In this document: piece by piece, positions 37,312 through 48,626 of the stretch
Numbering within the stretch: the stretch's first letter is position 1
Layout: each line of letters begins with the position of its first letter
Origin: Oikopleura dioica
Taxonomy: Eukaryota; Animalia; Chordata
DNA length: 64,000 nt
Assembly: GCA_907165135.1 (NCBI GenBank)
Contig: OU015568.1
Location: forward strand, 15,821,208 to 15,885,207
Reading direction: 5' to 3'
Made by a program: the position numbers and the translations under genes
The notes under the pieces: generated by a model
Told to the model about the DNA's origin: nothing
Databases searched by the model: none
Seen by the model: the letters and a program-made list of their open reading frames with translations, nothing else

Positions 37312-38550
37312 CTACCATCGAATGCGGTAACCACGGCCGCGACCAAAGTTGCGCCCTCGTTGAGCTCCGCGGCGGGGTCGGTCGGAGCCGCCGTTTTTCA
37401 TTTCTTTTCGGAGAGCGTCCAGTTGCTCCTGCAAGGATGCAATCTTAGAAGCTGTAGCGCCCTCGTCCTGAGTTGAAGAAGCCGGCTTCGGGTCCGCCGG
37501 CGTGTTCCATCCAGTAGAAGTCGTAGTAACCGGCTGGGACCAGTCTGTGGAAGAACTAGAGCCCCAGCCATTGTCATTGGAAGCTGGAATCGACCAGCCA
37601 GAGCCAGATGAAGTCGTCTGGGTGGATGATCGATGGGTAGGCGTAGCTGTGAGCGGCCGAGGAGCCACTAACGGTGATGCTGAGCCAGAAGAGGACTTCG
37701 ACGTCGAAGCCTCCTCCTGGATGAGTCTGCACTGGGGATTCCAGAAGGTCTTGCCGGGCAGAGCAGCGGGTTTTGCGTCGGCTTTTGGAGCACGGTCAGC
37801 CGGCGGAGTGTCTTTGATGACAACACTGGGTTCTTTACCCTCGTAAAACCGGGCTTGACGTTTTTCGACGCTGTCAAGGCTGCTTTTCAGCACATGGTGC
37901 GCTACGCTGGAGTACTTACTCTCGCTGTGGTATAGGAGCTGAGCGATGCCGATAAGATTTTTCATCTTATCGGATTCTCGGAAAGTCTTAGTATGCAGAA
38001 CGTCCGCATTTTCAGCGAGAATTGAGAGAACTCTGTGCGAAAGCACCTTGCAGCGATCGTTCGCTGCACCGGTGGCGCATACTCTGCCGTTAAGGACAAG
38101 TAATTTTCGTGCGTCCTTCGCTTTTTTCACTAGATCAGCTCGGACGGCAGTTGGAACCGGGTCCGGCTCAGTGGCGATCAATTCATTGTGATTTCCGGCC
38201 GAGTCAGACCACAACTTCGGCCAGTCGAGAGATTTTTCTGTCTGAGTAGCCGCCGATGATCGAGCAGGCTCCACAGACGGTGGCGTAGTTTCTGAGGTAC
38301 TTGGACCCCCATTTTGGGAAGATGGTGATGACGTCATCACCAAGTCTTCCACGGGAGTCATTGGCTGAGGTTCGGCAAGTTCGTCGACCTCACCGGTATC
38401 CATTTTTCGATCCGAGCTGTCCTGCGGAGGGTCATCTCGGGTTAAAGTTCCGGAAACTTCCTCGGTGAGGACAACATCGTCCGTGTTCGGTGTTGCAAAG
38501 TCAATTAAGTCACTGACGCATTCTTGACCGAGGTCAATTTCATTTGCCAT
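37312..38550 (-). CDS. 412-aa accessory ORF of the retrotransposon (no TM helix; GW-rich segment, coiled coil, RG-rich tail)
   Basis: Intact intronless ORF between pol and the PPT; polypyrimidine/TTCAG acceptor 15 nt upstream of the ATG. Confidence 0.8.
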   Translation of the reverse strand: MANEIDLGQECVSDLIDFATPNTDDVVLTEEVSGTLTRDDPPQDSSDRKMDTGEVDELAEPQPMTPVEDLVMTSSPSSQNGGPSTSETTPPSVEPARSSAATQTEKSLDWPKLWSDSAGNHNELIATEPDPVPTAVRADLVKKAKDARKLLVLNGRVCATGAANDRCKVLSHRVLSILAENADVLHTKTFRESDKMKNLIGIAQLLYHSESKYSSVAHHVLKSSLDSVEKRQARFYEGKEPSVVIKDTPPADRAPKADAKPAALPGKTFWNPQCRLIQEEASTSKSSSGSASPLVAPRPLTATPTHRSSTQTTSSGSGWSIPASNDNGWGSSSSTDWSQPVTTTSTGWNTPADPKPASSTQDEGATASKIASLQEQLDALRKEMKNGGSDRPRRGAQRGRNFGRGRGYRIRW

Positions 38551-39675
38551 TTTCCGAGATCAAGTCTGAATGTATAAAAACGTTAGAAAGAGATAAAACT
38601 ATGAGCTGAACGTACAAAAAGTACAGAGAACCTAATCCAGTAGAAGCCGTAGTTACGGGCTGGGACCAGTCTGTGGAAGAACTAGAGCCCCAGCCGTTGT
38701 CATTTGAAGCTGGAATTGGCCAGCCAGAGCCAGATGAAGTCGTCTGGGTGGATGACCGATGGGTAGGCGTAGCTGTGAGCGGCCGAGGAGCCACTAATGG
38801 TGACGCTGAGCCAGAAGAGGACTTCGACGTCGAAGCCTCCTCCTGGATGAGTTTGCACTGGGGATTCCAGAAGGTCTTGCCGGGCAGAGCAGCGGGTTTT
38901 GCGTCGGCTTTTGGAGCACGGTCAGCCGGCGGAGTGTCTTTGATGACAACACTGGGTTCTTTACCCTCGTAAAACCGGGCTTGACGTTTTTCGACGCTGT
39001 CAAGGCTGCTTTTCAGCACATGGTGCGCTACGCTGGAGTACTTACTCTCGCTGTGGTATAGGAGCTGAGCGATGCCGATAAGATTTTTCATCTTATCGGA
39101 TTCTCGGAAAGTCTTAGTATGCAGAACGTCCGCATTTTCAGCGAGAATTGAGAGAACTCTGTGCGAAAGCACCTTGCAGCGATCGTTCGCTGCACCGGTG
39201 GCGCATACTCTGCCGTTAAGGACAAGTAATTTTCGTGCGTCCTTCGCTTTTTCACTAGATCAGCTCGGACGGCAGTTGGAACTGGGTCCGGCTCAGTGGC
39301 GATCAATTCATTGTGATTTCCGGCCGAGTCAGACCACAACTTCGGCCAGTCGAGAGATTTTTCTGTCTGAGTAGCCGCCGATGATCGAGCAGGCTCCACA
39401 GGCGGTGGCGTAGTTTCTGAGGTACTTGGACCCCCATTTTGGGAAGATGGTGATGACGTCATCACCAAGTCTTCCACCGGAGTCATTGGCTGAGGTTCGG
39501 CAAGTTCGTCGACCTCACCGGTATCCATTTTTCGATCCGAGCTGTCCTGCGGAGGATCATCTCGGGTTAAAGTTCCGGAAACTTCCTCGGTGAGGACAAC
39601 GTCGTCCGTGTTCGGTGTTGCAAAGTCAATTAAGTCACTGACGCATTCTTGACCAAGGTCAATTTCATTTGCCAT
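38540..39675 (-). pseudogene. Tandem copy of the accessory ORF, 3'-truncated and frameshifted
   Basis: Near-identical to 37507-38632. One T fewer in a homopolymer near 39248-39252 shifts the frame. Junction at ~38632 removes the coiled-coil/RGG tail. Confidence 0.8.
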
Positions 39676-39858
39676 TTTCCGAGATCAAGTCTGAATGTAT
39701 AAAAACGTTAGAAAGAGATAAAACTATGAGCTGAACGTACAGAAAGTACAGAGAACCTAACGAATTCTAGAGATTTCGATGAGACACTCAACTTCTCGCC
39801 CATAGTTTATCATACTGTCTATCAGAGTATAACCCCCCTCGACAGGAGGATACACTTT

Positions 39859-40913
39859 TTATTTTCTAGAGAAGGGATTCGAATCAGGGAACTGAATACC
39901 ACATTTTCTAGCGGATTTTCTACGCTCAGAATTCTGTAAACTCTGCGCGAGAGCTTCATCTTCGCGCGAACGTTTTTGCTGTAGCCTAGCACTAAAACGC
40001 TTCGGCGATACTTTCACTCGTGCACTTTTTGGTGCGCTTCTCGATTTCTTGGACCCGGGAACTTCGGGAACCAAGAAGTCGACTGGTCGATTACGTTTCA
40101 ATGGGGCTAGAATACGATCGTTTCTAGAGATCTGATCGCTCTGAGCTCCGTTTTCAATGGAATTTTTGATCGGAGAGTCAGATTGACCGCCACGTGGCGC
40201 ATCAATTTGACTCGGATTTTCACTTGGATTCAAGTTTTCACCCGTGGGTCGATTTTCGCCAGCACTCGCCTCAGGGCAAGTCTGATCCGAAACCGCGTTT
40301 TCGCTATTTTCGAGCTCTGGAGACGGAGTACGTTCTTCGGGAACTCTCTCAATCAGCGGTTTTTGCACGACTGGTTGCGCTGGCAAAGTCTGGGGAAGCG
40401 GAATTCTCAGATTTGGAAAGTAGGGCACATCGCCCAACGTTGGGCGGCGCTCTATTTTCTTGAGAATGTCGCTCCGATGGAACCAATCAAGGTTTCCGTG
40501 CAGATCACTAAGTTGAACCACGTGATTATTTGATTTGTTAACCACGTACGGCCCAAGCCATTTTAAATGTTTTGACTTTGCGATAGCAGAGTTCTCGCGT
40601 TTCAAGAAAACTTCGTCTCCTGGTTCTAAGGTTTCTGGAGTGAAACGCGGACGATTCGCGAGTAGCGTATTGTCAGCGTTCCTCTGGCAGATTTCCATCT
40701 TTTTGAATAGAAGATTTGTGACACGCGCCCTGTTACGCAAAAAATCTGGAATATTTTGCCCAGACGGCGCTTCAAAATCTTTGTCGAACTCACTTAGCTT
40801 AGCTGGTCGACCAAAGACAACCTCGAATGGGGTCGCTTTGGTCGTGCGATTCTTGGATGCATTCATTATGTAAACAACTCGTTTTATAACGCTGGGCCAG
40901 TCAACATTGTAAG
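39859..40913 (-). pseudogene. C-terminal half of a Ty3/gypsy pol (integrase)
   Basis: DWPSVIKRVVYIMNASKNRTTKATPFEVVFGR (integrase core end) and KWLGPYVV (GPY/F module). Confidence 0.88.
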
Positions 40914-41540
40914 AAACTCTGCGCGAGAGCTTCATCTTCGCGCGAACGTTTTTGCTGTAGCCTAGCACTAAAACGCTTCGGCGATACTTTCACTCGTGCA
41001 CTTTTTGGTGCGCTTTTCGATTTCTTGGACCCGGGAACTTCGGGAACCAAGAAGTCGACTGGTCGATTACGTTTCAATGGGGCTAGAATACGATCGTTTC
41101 TAGAGATCTGATCGCTCTGAGCTCCGTTTTCAATGGAATTTTTGATCGGAGAGTCAGATTGACCGCCACGTGGCGCATCAATTTGACTCGGATTTTCACT
41201 TGGATTCAAGTTTTCACCCGTGGGTCGATTTTCGCCAGCACTCGCCTCAGGGCAAGTCTGATCCGAAACCGCGTTTTCGCTATTTTCGAGCTCTGGAGAC
41301 GGAGTACGTTCTTCGGGAACTCTCTCAATCAGCGGTTTTTGCACGACTGGTTGCGCTGGCAAAGTCTGGGGAAGCGGAATTCTCAGATTTGGAAAGTAGG
41401 GCACATCGCCCAACGTTGGGCGGCGCTCTATTTTCTTGAGAATGTCGCTCCGATGGAACCAATCAAGGTTTCCGTGCAGATCACTGAGTTGAACCACGTG
41501 ATTATTCGATTTGTTAACCACGTACGGCCCAAGCCATTTT
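40914..41540 (-). repeat. Duplicate of the integrase C-terminal region (~39938-40565)
   Basis: Near-identical sequence; same peptide VVNKSNNHVVQLSD...EDEALAQS. Confidence 0.92.
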
Positions 41541-42727
41541 AGGTGTTTGTATTATAACTTGCACTGATGGTCGAAGAGAAAGAAACTGTCGGCTCAGGAG
41601 TAGTAGAAATAGGTTGCGATTGATCAGCTAAGTCGTCGAAAGTGGCAAATATCTGGCGGGCGCCGCCTTCGCAGTGCCGGCGGTTGTGGTGCTTGCGGAA
41701 CGAGTTTTTGTGGGGCGTGTTGGAGACATTGAAAAAGGCCTTGAGATATCTGGAGGTGGTGCCGACGCACTTGGGATGATCGCAGCTGAGAAATGTTGTC
41801 GGCTTATTATCGATATAGACACGGCCTAATGAGATAGCAAATAGTGCATGAATGAATTAAAATTACAAACCAATTGTAAATTCACCATCAATAGGATTCG
41901 CCATTGTTCGATAAGTAATTCGATGCATCTGAGTCTCGACAATTTCTAGCATTTGCTTTCGATGAAGATCATACACAGTGGGTCTTTTACGCCAGGTTAA
42001 ACATGTCTTTTCCAGAACTAGAATAATGATCATTTGCCAACCTCCCTTGGGCCTGAACCAGTCTTATTGACTGATTTCTTAGTTGTTTCGTCAGCAATCG
42101 CGATGCCTATGTGATCCAAGTTCTCCCCGAGATCTAATTTGAACTTCTTCGCTTCAGTAATTCCATCTTCCTGTGACGCAGTCTCGATTTCCTCAACCTC
42201 GTCACCGTTAATTGCTTCAATTTCTTCGGGTGGAACAAACTCGGGCGACAAAATCTCTGATATTTCTGACATTTATCAACGCTAGCACTGTGTCGGACCG
42301 CGAATACAAGCACCCCCTTCTCGAGGAAGCGTGGTGAGAAGTCAATAAGTCCGTCCGGTCCATGAGAGCCCAGCACGGGCCAATTGGGACGCCCCCGAGG
42401 CGCACCGGCCTACGTTGGTCGTCCCGTCCCGCCCCACAAAGACAACGACGAAAACAAGCTGCTACCTCACGTTCTCAAGCTCTGCGTTCAATTCAAACTA
42501 TTGGGATTTTCCCTGATGCTTATACGCTCTCATATCGGAACAGTAAACAAGAATGAATCTGGACCGATTTTCCACATTCAAATGACTCTTCTTTGATTTA
42601 GAACTGGAATTTTATTCAGTTTCGCAGTGTTTTATTGAAGGGAATGTACAAAAGTGAACGTGAAAATGGTGTGGTGAAAAAGGAATGGATATAAGTGAGT
42701 AGGTTCGTGAAGGGGTGTTGACGGTGA

Positions 42728-45700
42728 TTAAAAGTACATGCTTCCATTGCAGCCATATACAGATTTGTCGAAGTTAATTGTTTTATCCATGACTGGCGGG
42801 GGCTAAATTTGACCCTTTAGAAATTGAAAACGAAGGGTTGAAGAGTACCTCAATCATGGTCGTCCACTGGCCGGAGCTTCTTCTAGGTTGACGATATTTC
42901 ATTCGAGCACGATCGCCGGCGATGTGGTCGAAGATGTGTTGAAGCTTGATCTCGCCGTCAGGGTTGATTGCAAAGAACACTTTTTCCTGCATGTTCTCGA
43001 CGCTAAATTTTTGCTAGTTTCTTCGCGAAAGGCAGTTTAGGCTACTCACGATCTTTCGTAGTCGAAATATTGGTCGCGCAGTGCAGCTTTGAGCGGCTTC
43101 GACCAGAGTTGTAAAATACTTTACCCTAGCCTCAAAGTAAAGTAAAGTATGGTAAGGTAGAAGCTATTTTTCAGTTTCACTTTACTTTACTTTACTTTAA
43201 GATTTTGAAAGTGATCTCTACTTTGCCAATACTTTACCATGAAAGATAAAAGTGCTTTCTACTTTACTTTACTTTACTTTATGATTTTCAAAATGAACTC
43301 TACTTTACTTTACTTCACTTAAGATTTTTAATAATGATTTTACTTTACTTTGCTTTATGTTGGAGTTTTCTCTAGAAAAATCTATTGATATTTATGAAAT
43401 CTTATTTTACGCTTAACAAGCGATTATTTCTCTAGACTTGCTATTTTCGCAAGCATTTTTCAATAAATTTTCATAACACGATGCCGCCTAAGCGCAAAAG
43501 AGATTCCTTGGAGGTTTTTCAAGCCCCAACTGATGAAAAAACGAAGAAAAGACTCAAAACAATCTTGGAGCATGACGATATTGCCCCATATAATCTCGGG
43601 TCGTTGGAACTCGGATACATTGAAGGAAAGCCGACTGGCCTAGTGCTTTGCGAATGTGGAGAATATTTTGTCGCTGGTTCAAACGGAGCTCTTCATCTCG
43701 ACAAAAGTATTTATTTACAGGATAATTTTTAGTCATATTTTTATTCTAAGTAAGAATACATTTGGGTCGTAACCACGCATCTCGATCATCCCCATGGGAT
43801 AAAAAATTGAAACAAATCCCTGAAGACCTTGTCAATGATGTTCATCGACAAAACGCTGTTTGCATCGCAACACACAATCTCCCGATGAATATATTTTCTG
43901 AGTAAGATTAAAATGATTGTGTTGAAAATAAACATAAATAAGGAAAGCATTTGTGGAGCGCGATCGAATCCTGTTGAAAGGACTGTCACATGACCCTGAA
44001 GGGGCTCAAGATCTCAAAATGAGCAGATATCTACTCCGAAAAAGAATCCGTGATAATGCAATATCGATGAAAGAACACCTTGGAGGAAATTTCGTTCTTC
44101 TGGCAAACAAAGGATTTATTTCCTTACTATACGATCACAAGACTGTGGGAAACAAGACCTCCGATTACCAGGATAATATTCTGTCCTTGGTATGTCTTAT
44201 TCATCTTGGAAATCGATCCAAGCCGTATACGCTTTTCTTCGAGCCTGTTGATTCTCTAACGAAGCTGGACACTGTACAAACGATTCGAGACGCCCTCATG
44301 AAAGACTACGGTATCAACCTTGATGAAATAACAACTCCGTTGCCAATAACAGTCGACGGTGGCGAATATCACAGCGCTAAAACGCTGTCTGTCGCGTTCA
44401 ATGTATGCCTCGCACATTCAATGAATGTTGCTTCAAAGGTTTGAAATTTTTTGGCAAAAGTGCGCTCATAGGTTAATATGCCAATTTTTTGGCACAAGTG
44501 CACTCATGGGTTCACATGCCAATTTTTTGGCATAAATGCGCTCATGGGTTAACATGCCAATTTTTGGCATAAATGCGCTCATGGGTTAACATGCCAATTT
44601 TTGGCACAAATGCGCTCATGGGTTAAAATGCTAATTTTTGGCACAAGTGCGCTCATGGGTTAATATGCCAATTTTTTGGCACAAGTGCACTCATGGGTTA
44701 AAATGCCAATTTTTGGCACAAGTGCGCTCATGGGTTAACATGCCAATTTTTGGCACAAATGCGCTAATGGGTTAATCCGCAATTTATTATAACTTAAAAA
44801 CCTTTACAGGTTAAGGAATATTTTTAGGGCGCTGTAATTTATGCGCAACGGTATTTCGACCTGGAAAATGAAGAAAAACGAATTGACAATTTTCTTTTGA
44901 AAGCACGAAAGGGTCTGAGCAAGGAAGAACTCAAAATCATGAAGAAAGAAGGCATGCCACAAAGCCTCGCGGATTATTTCTACGATCTTCCAGTAACAGA
45001 AAAAGATTCCGTGAAAATCTTCAATATGAGGAATCCGGAGTCAAAACTAGAAGGCGATGCGCTCAAATCGATGGCGGGAAAAAGATCACCCAGTATCCAA
45101 TGCCGGCGAATCTTAACAAAATAAGATTCAACAGAATGGATCAGCATCTTGACTTACTTCTCTGCTGGGAAGGTAGAAAGACCGTTATTTTTTCCTACAA
45201 AAATTGTAGATAACATGCTGATGATGGACTCCGCCAGCTCCAAATACAGATATCTTATAACTTCACTTGCCGATGATTATCCAAATATGGCCTATGTTCG
45301 CGCGCACAAATTGGTCACAACGATATTTAGGAAGCATATTCTCCGTGCAGAGAAGAACTCTACTAGGGTGCCAGATGTATCTCAAATTTTCGAAGATTGT
45401 TTTCGAGACATTTTGAGTCTCAATTTGACTGCGCATAACTATGATCTAGAGACTGCTGACAATATAAACAGTCTTTGCAAAGGTAAATTTTCAGAAAAAA
45501 GAAATATTATTTTTCATTATTTCCAGGCGCAACTTTAAAAATGATGATGATGGTCTTTGGCTCGGCGCGTGTGCCTTTTGAAGGCTCATTTACTTTGAAG
45601 AATGGAGACGAACCACCTAGAATGACTTTGGTCAACAAGGCGTCAATGTTTATTGACTTCAATCGCCAAAAATGCAATTTTTGGCGGCTAAGAGAGGCTT

Positions 45701-48626
45701 ACAGAAATTCAAAAGGAAGGATTAAATAAAATTTTTAAAGAAAATTTTATCTTTATCAAAATAATATTATAAAGATCCATTAAAAGACCCGTTTTTGTAG
45801 CTCAGGAGCTCGTCATTTGCAGTGTCACTACCGATTGGCCAAATGAAGCTCGGGATTTTGTTGTTCAACTATCTCAAAAGCTTGAAACGGAACCAGAAGA
45901 ACTAATCATGGACGAATTGGTGATCGAGGAGCGAAACTCGGATATTGATCCAGATGTTCTGAGACAGTCACGAGGATCTCAGCCAAGAATCAATTCACCA
46001 TCAGTTGAAGGTAATTTACTTCTATCGAAAAATTATTCAAAAAAATAACAAGGCGAAATCGAGCGATTCAAGAATTCCGGGGAGAATATGTGGAGGGCTG
46101 CAATAAAGGCAGTTGAAAAAATGGGTGCGCAAGTTACTGCCAGCTCATGCTTACGGTCTTTCTACAAATTGTACCGGAAAGACTTTCCAAGATTAGGAAA
46201 GATTGCTGATTATGTAAGTTGACGCATGTATTCAAAATTATACTGTAACTTAAACTTTTAAGTTATGCGCAATGAATGGTTCTGCGAGCGAGATTGAGAG
46301 GAGTTTCGCTAGTACTACGGCGCAGGTCCAAGATCCAAAGAAAAATAGAACGAAAGCTGCGAAAATTGAGGAAACACTTCAGTTCAAGCAGTCCAAAGAG
46401 TTCTTGGACATGATGAATGAGGCGCTCAAAATGGTCAAAAAGGGCTTATAAGGCTATTTTTTTATAATCAGATTTTATTTTAATAAAGCTTAAATTTATT
46501 TTCTTTACTTTGAAATATTACTTTACGTTTCTTTGCAACTGGCGAAGTGGAGTCAGTTTCACTTTACTTTGCTTTACTTTAGAAAAAAAAAGTGAAGTCT
46601 ACTTTGCTTTACTTTACTTTAAGATCATGATGGTGGGTTTTACTTCACTTTACTTTACTTTAAGATCAATGCTGTCACTTTAACTTCACTATACTTTACT
46701 TTAAAATGGCCGAGACAATTTTCACTTTACTTTACTTTAGAAAATTTTAAAGTAGATTTTTGTCACTACTTTACTTTATGGCAAAGTAAAGTATTTTACA
46801 ACTCTGGCTTCGACTCTGCCCAATACGGAATCTTCTTCCTGGGCGCTTCGTCGTCGTCTGTCTCGTCTCCTGACTCAAGATCGTCGATGTTGTAGTTGTC
46901 TTTCGTCGAGGGGTTCATCTCCCACTTGTCACAGCCTTGAGGAGTCATTTCGTAGTTTTGGCTGCTAGGAACCGGCATTGATTTCAGTGGCGTCGTGTAA
47001 CTTGGCTATAAATATTTGATAAGAATTCATTTACTTGAAAATGTTGCTAACCTCTGGATGATGAACATTTTTGATTTCGACCTCGTCGTCACTCTCGACC
47101 GACTGCATTCTAATGGGCATCGACTGCGGCTGTTGAATCGGCGTCTCAGGAGGAGCGAATGCAGGAGCTTTGATTGGAGTGTTGTTCTTCTTTTGCATCG
47201 CCTCAATTTTCGAGCGCAGATTACCGATTTTTTCACCGGCTTGCTCGACTTGGCAGGTGTCTTTTTCAACTGCATTTCTCGCTTTTTAGCCTGCTCCTCT
47301 TCCCGCTTTTTCTGAAAGCAAAAATCGTTGGAATCGAAAGTTGAAAATGGGGAATTACCTTGACAGCGGCTAATTTTTCTGCCTCTTTCTTTTTCTTTTC
47401 TTGACGCTCTCTTTCTTTCTCTTTCTTCATTTCCTCGATTCTCTTCGCTCGTTCGTCCTCTTTCGCCTTTAGATCGGCCTTGCTTGGCGTCTTCGTGAGA
47501 AGGGTCTTACTGGAGGAGCTCGTCAACTTGCTCTTAGATGGAGTCTTGAACAATGGCCCTCGAGGAGAAGCAAATGGGCTAGCAATCTTGGACGCAAACT
47601 TTTTGAAGCTGGGTGTTCGGCTGAAGTTAGAAGCCGAACTGCTCGTCGTCGAGTTCGCTGACGCTTTGACGGAGCTAGAAGACATCGTAGACTTCTTCGA
47701 GGCTGTCGATAGATTTGATCTAATCGATGACTGGGAACGCGTCGAACTTGTCAGGTTCGATCGCGTCAGTGATGTCGGCTCAGGCTTCAGAGGCGCTGCC
47801 ATTGCGTTCTGATAAGATTGTCGCATTCGTGGAGAACCGTACTCGATTTTGAGCTCTTAAAAATAAAGTTAGCATTTGAAAACATGGAAGAGTACTCACT
47901 GTTATCGACGAGTCGATTGACAATATCCGCTTTTCGCCCAACTTTTGGCAAGTTTTCTTTGTCGCAGATCTTCTTGAGTTCAATGACTTTCAAGCTCGAG
48001 TATCGCTTCTCATACTCGACTCTCGAGCTATCGATCTGCTCGAAGAGAATCTGCTCGCTGGAAGGGCCCTCCGGTGTCTCCTCCCCTTCCTCTGGTTCTT
48101 CTTCGACTGACTCCATAGTCGGAACCTCTTTGGCGCTCTCAGTGCTTGGCTTCTCGTTTTGTACGGCGAGAGAAGGTCTGGAAGCTTCGGCCTGGCTCTC
48201 GTCGACGTCGAGGCAGATCGTCGGCACTGATTCGTCGAGCGACTCTTCGAAAAGCCGCTTCGCGCGCTCCTTCATCGGCGTCTTTGGAACTGTGTCAGTT
48301 TCCAAGAACGCCAAGATGTCAAGCTCGATTTGGCGGGTCTCGTAGAGGAAATCGACGAACTCGTTATCAAACTCCGTTGGTTTGATGACGAACTTTTCGT
48401 TCGGCTTCATCTAAAATCACAAAAGTTAGAAATAATCCTTCAAAATAGATATTACCGTCACTGGAGCGCGTATTGGAAGTGGCGGAGCCTTCTTTGACGC
48501 AGATAGGTCGACGATCTTCTCAAGATCTGTCGACCAAATCTTTCGCTTTCGCCCGAACAACGTTTTGTCGCTCGTGGCGTTCATGTCCCGCAGAACCGAT
48601 TTCGCAAGTCTTTGAATTTCATCCAT
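42728..48626 (-). CDS. INCENP: Inner centromere protein with SAP domain, charged SAH helix and IN-box; IN-box exon interrupted by a hAT transposon
   Basis: IN-box DNYNIDDLESGDETDDDEAPRKKIPYWAES continues on the other side of the transposon as KPLKAALRDQY...KLQHIF...RRSSGQW. SAP-like LKVIELKKICDKENLPKVGRKADIVNRL. 3' end approximate. Confidence 0.85.
43481..46451 (+). pseudogene. Intron-containing hAT transposase with an in-frame stop
   Basis: BED-like CEC...HLGRNH, LLYDHKT, ITVDGG, CLAH, TEWIS, and hAT C-terminal FPRLGKIADYLCAMNGSASEIERSF. In-frame TAA at 45122-45124. Confidence 0.85.
44446..44785. repeat. ~38-bp minisatellite, about 8.5 units, inside a transposase intron
   Basis: Unit TTTTTTGGCACAAGTGCGCTCATGGGTTAACATGCCAA read directly. 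Confidence 0.95.

Larger units (their letters stand above)
36871..41545 (-). mobile_element. 5'-truncated, internally duplicated Ty3/gypsy-like (Tor-like) LTR retrotransposon
   Basis: Integrase core end and GPY motif, downstream accessory ORF, polypurine tract and a single 3' LTR. No gag, protease or RT seen. Confidence 0.8.
36517..42272 (-). pseudogene. Host gene (acidic N-terminus, C2H2/BED-like finger, C-terminal coiled coil) apparently split by the LTR element
   Basis: 5' part 42272-41545 encodes ...CDHPKC...FRKHHNRRH and stops at the element junction. 3' part ~36870-36517 has GT-AG introns and reads ...EDWKKTALEWKRKYEILEGKHAKTQEELHELRRLVEGFY...FK*. Linking the two halves is inference. 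Confidence 0.5.
43104..46806 (+). mobile_element. Full-length hAT DNA transposon, 3703 bp
   Basis: Perfect 21-bp TIR CAGAGTTGTAAAATACTTTAC; exact 8-bp TSD GCTTCGAC at 43096-43103 and 46807-46814; (ACTTT)n subterminal arrays; internal transposase. Confidence 0.96.

Noticed and set aside
39833-39840. Second polypurine tract suggesting an LTR between pol and the accessory ORF (making that ORF a gag)
   Set aside because: The sequence after it does not match the 36871-37153 LTR, no primer-binding site is seen, and the ORF has no CCHC knuckle.
42370-42440. Possible HDV-like ribozyme (GGCCGGU...ACCGGAC)
   Set aside because: P1 is mismatched and the P3/L3 and P1.1 elements were not found.
44446-44785. 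Regularly spaced ~38-bp repeats resembling a CRISPR array
   Set aside because: Units are contiguous tandem copies without unique spacers, there are no cas genes, and the context is a eukaryotic intron.
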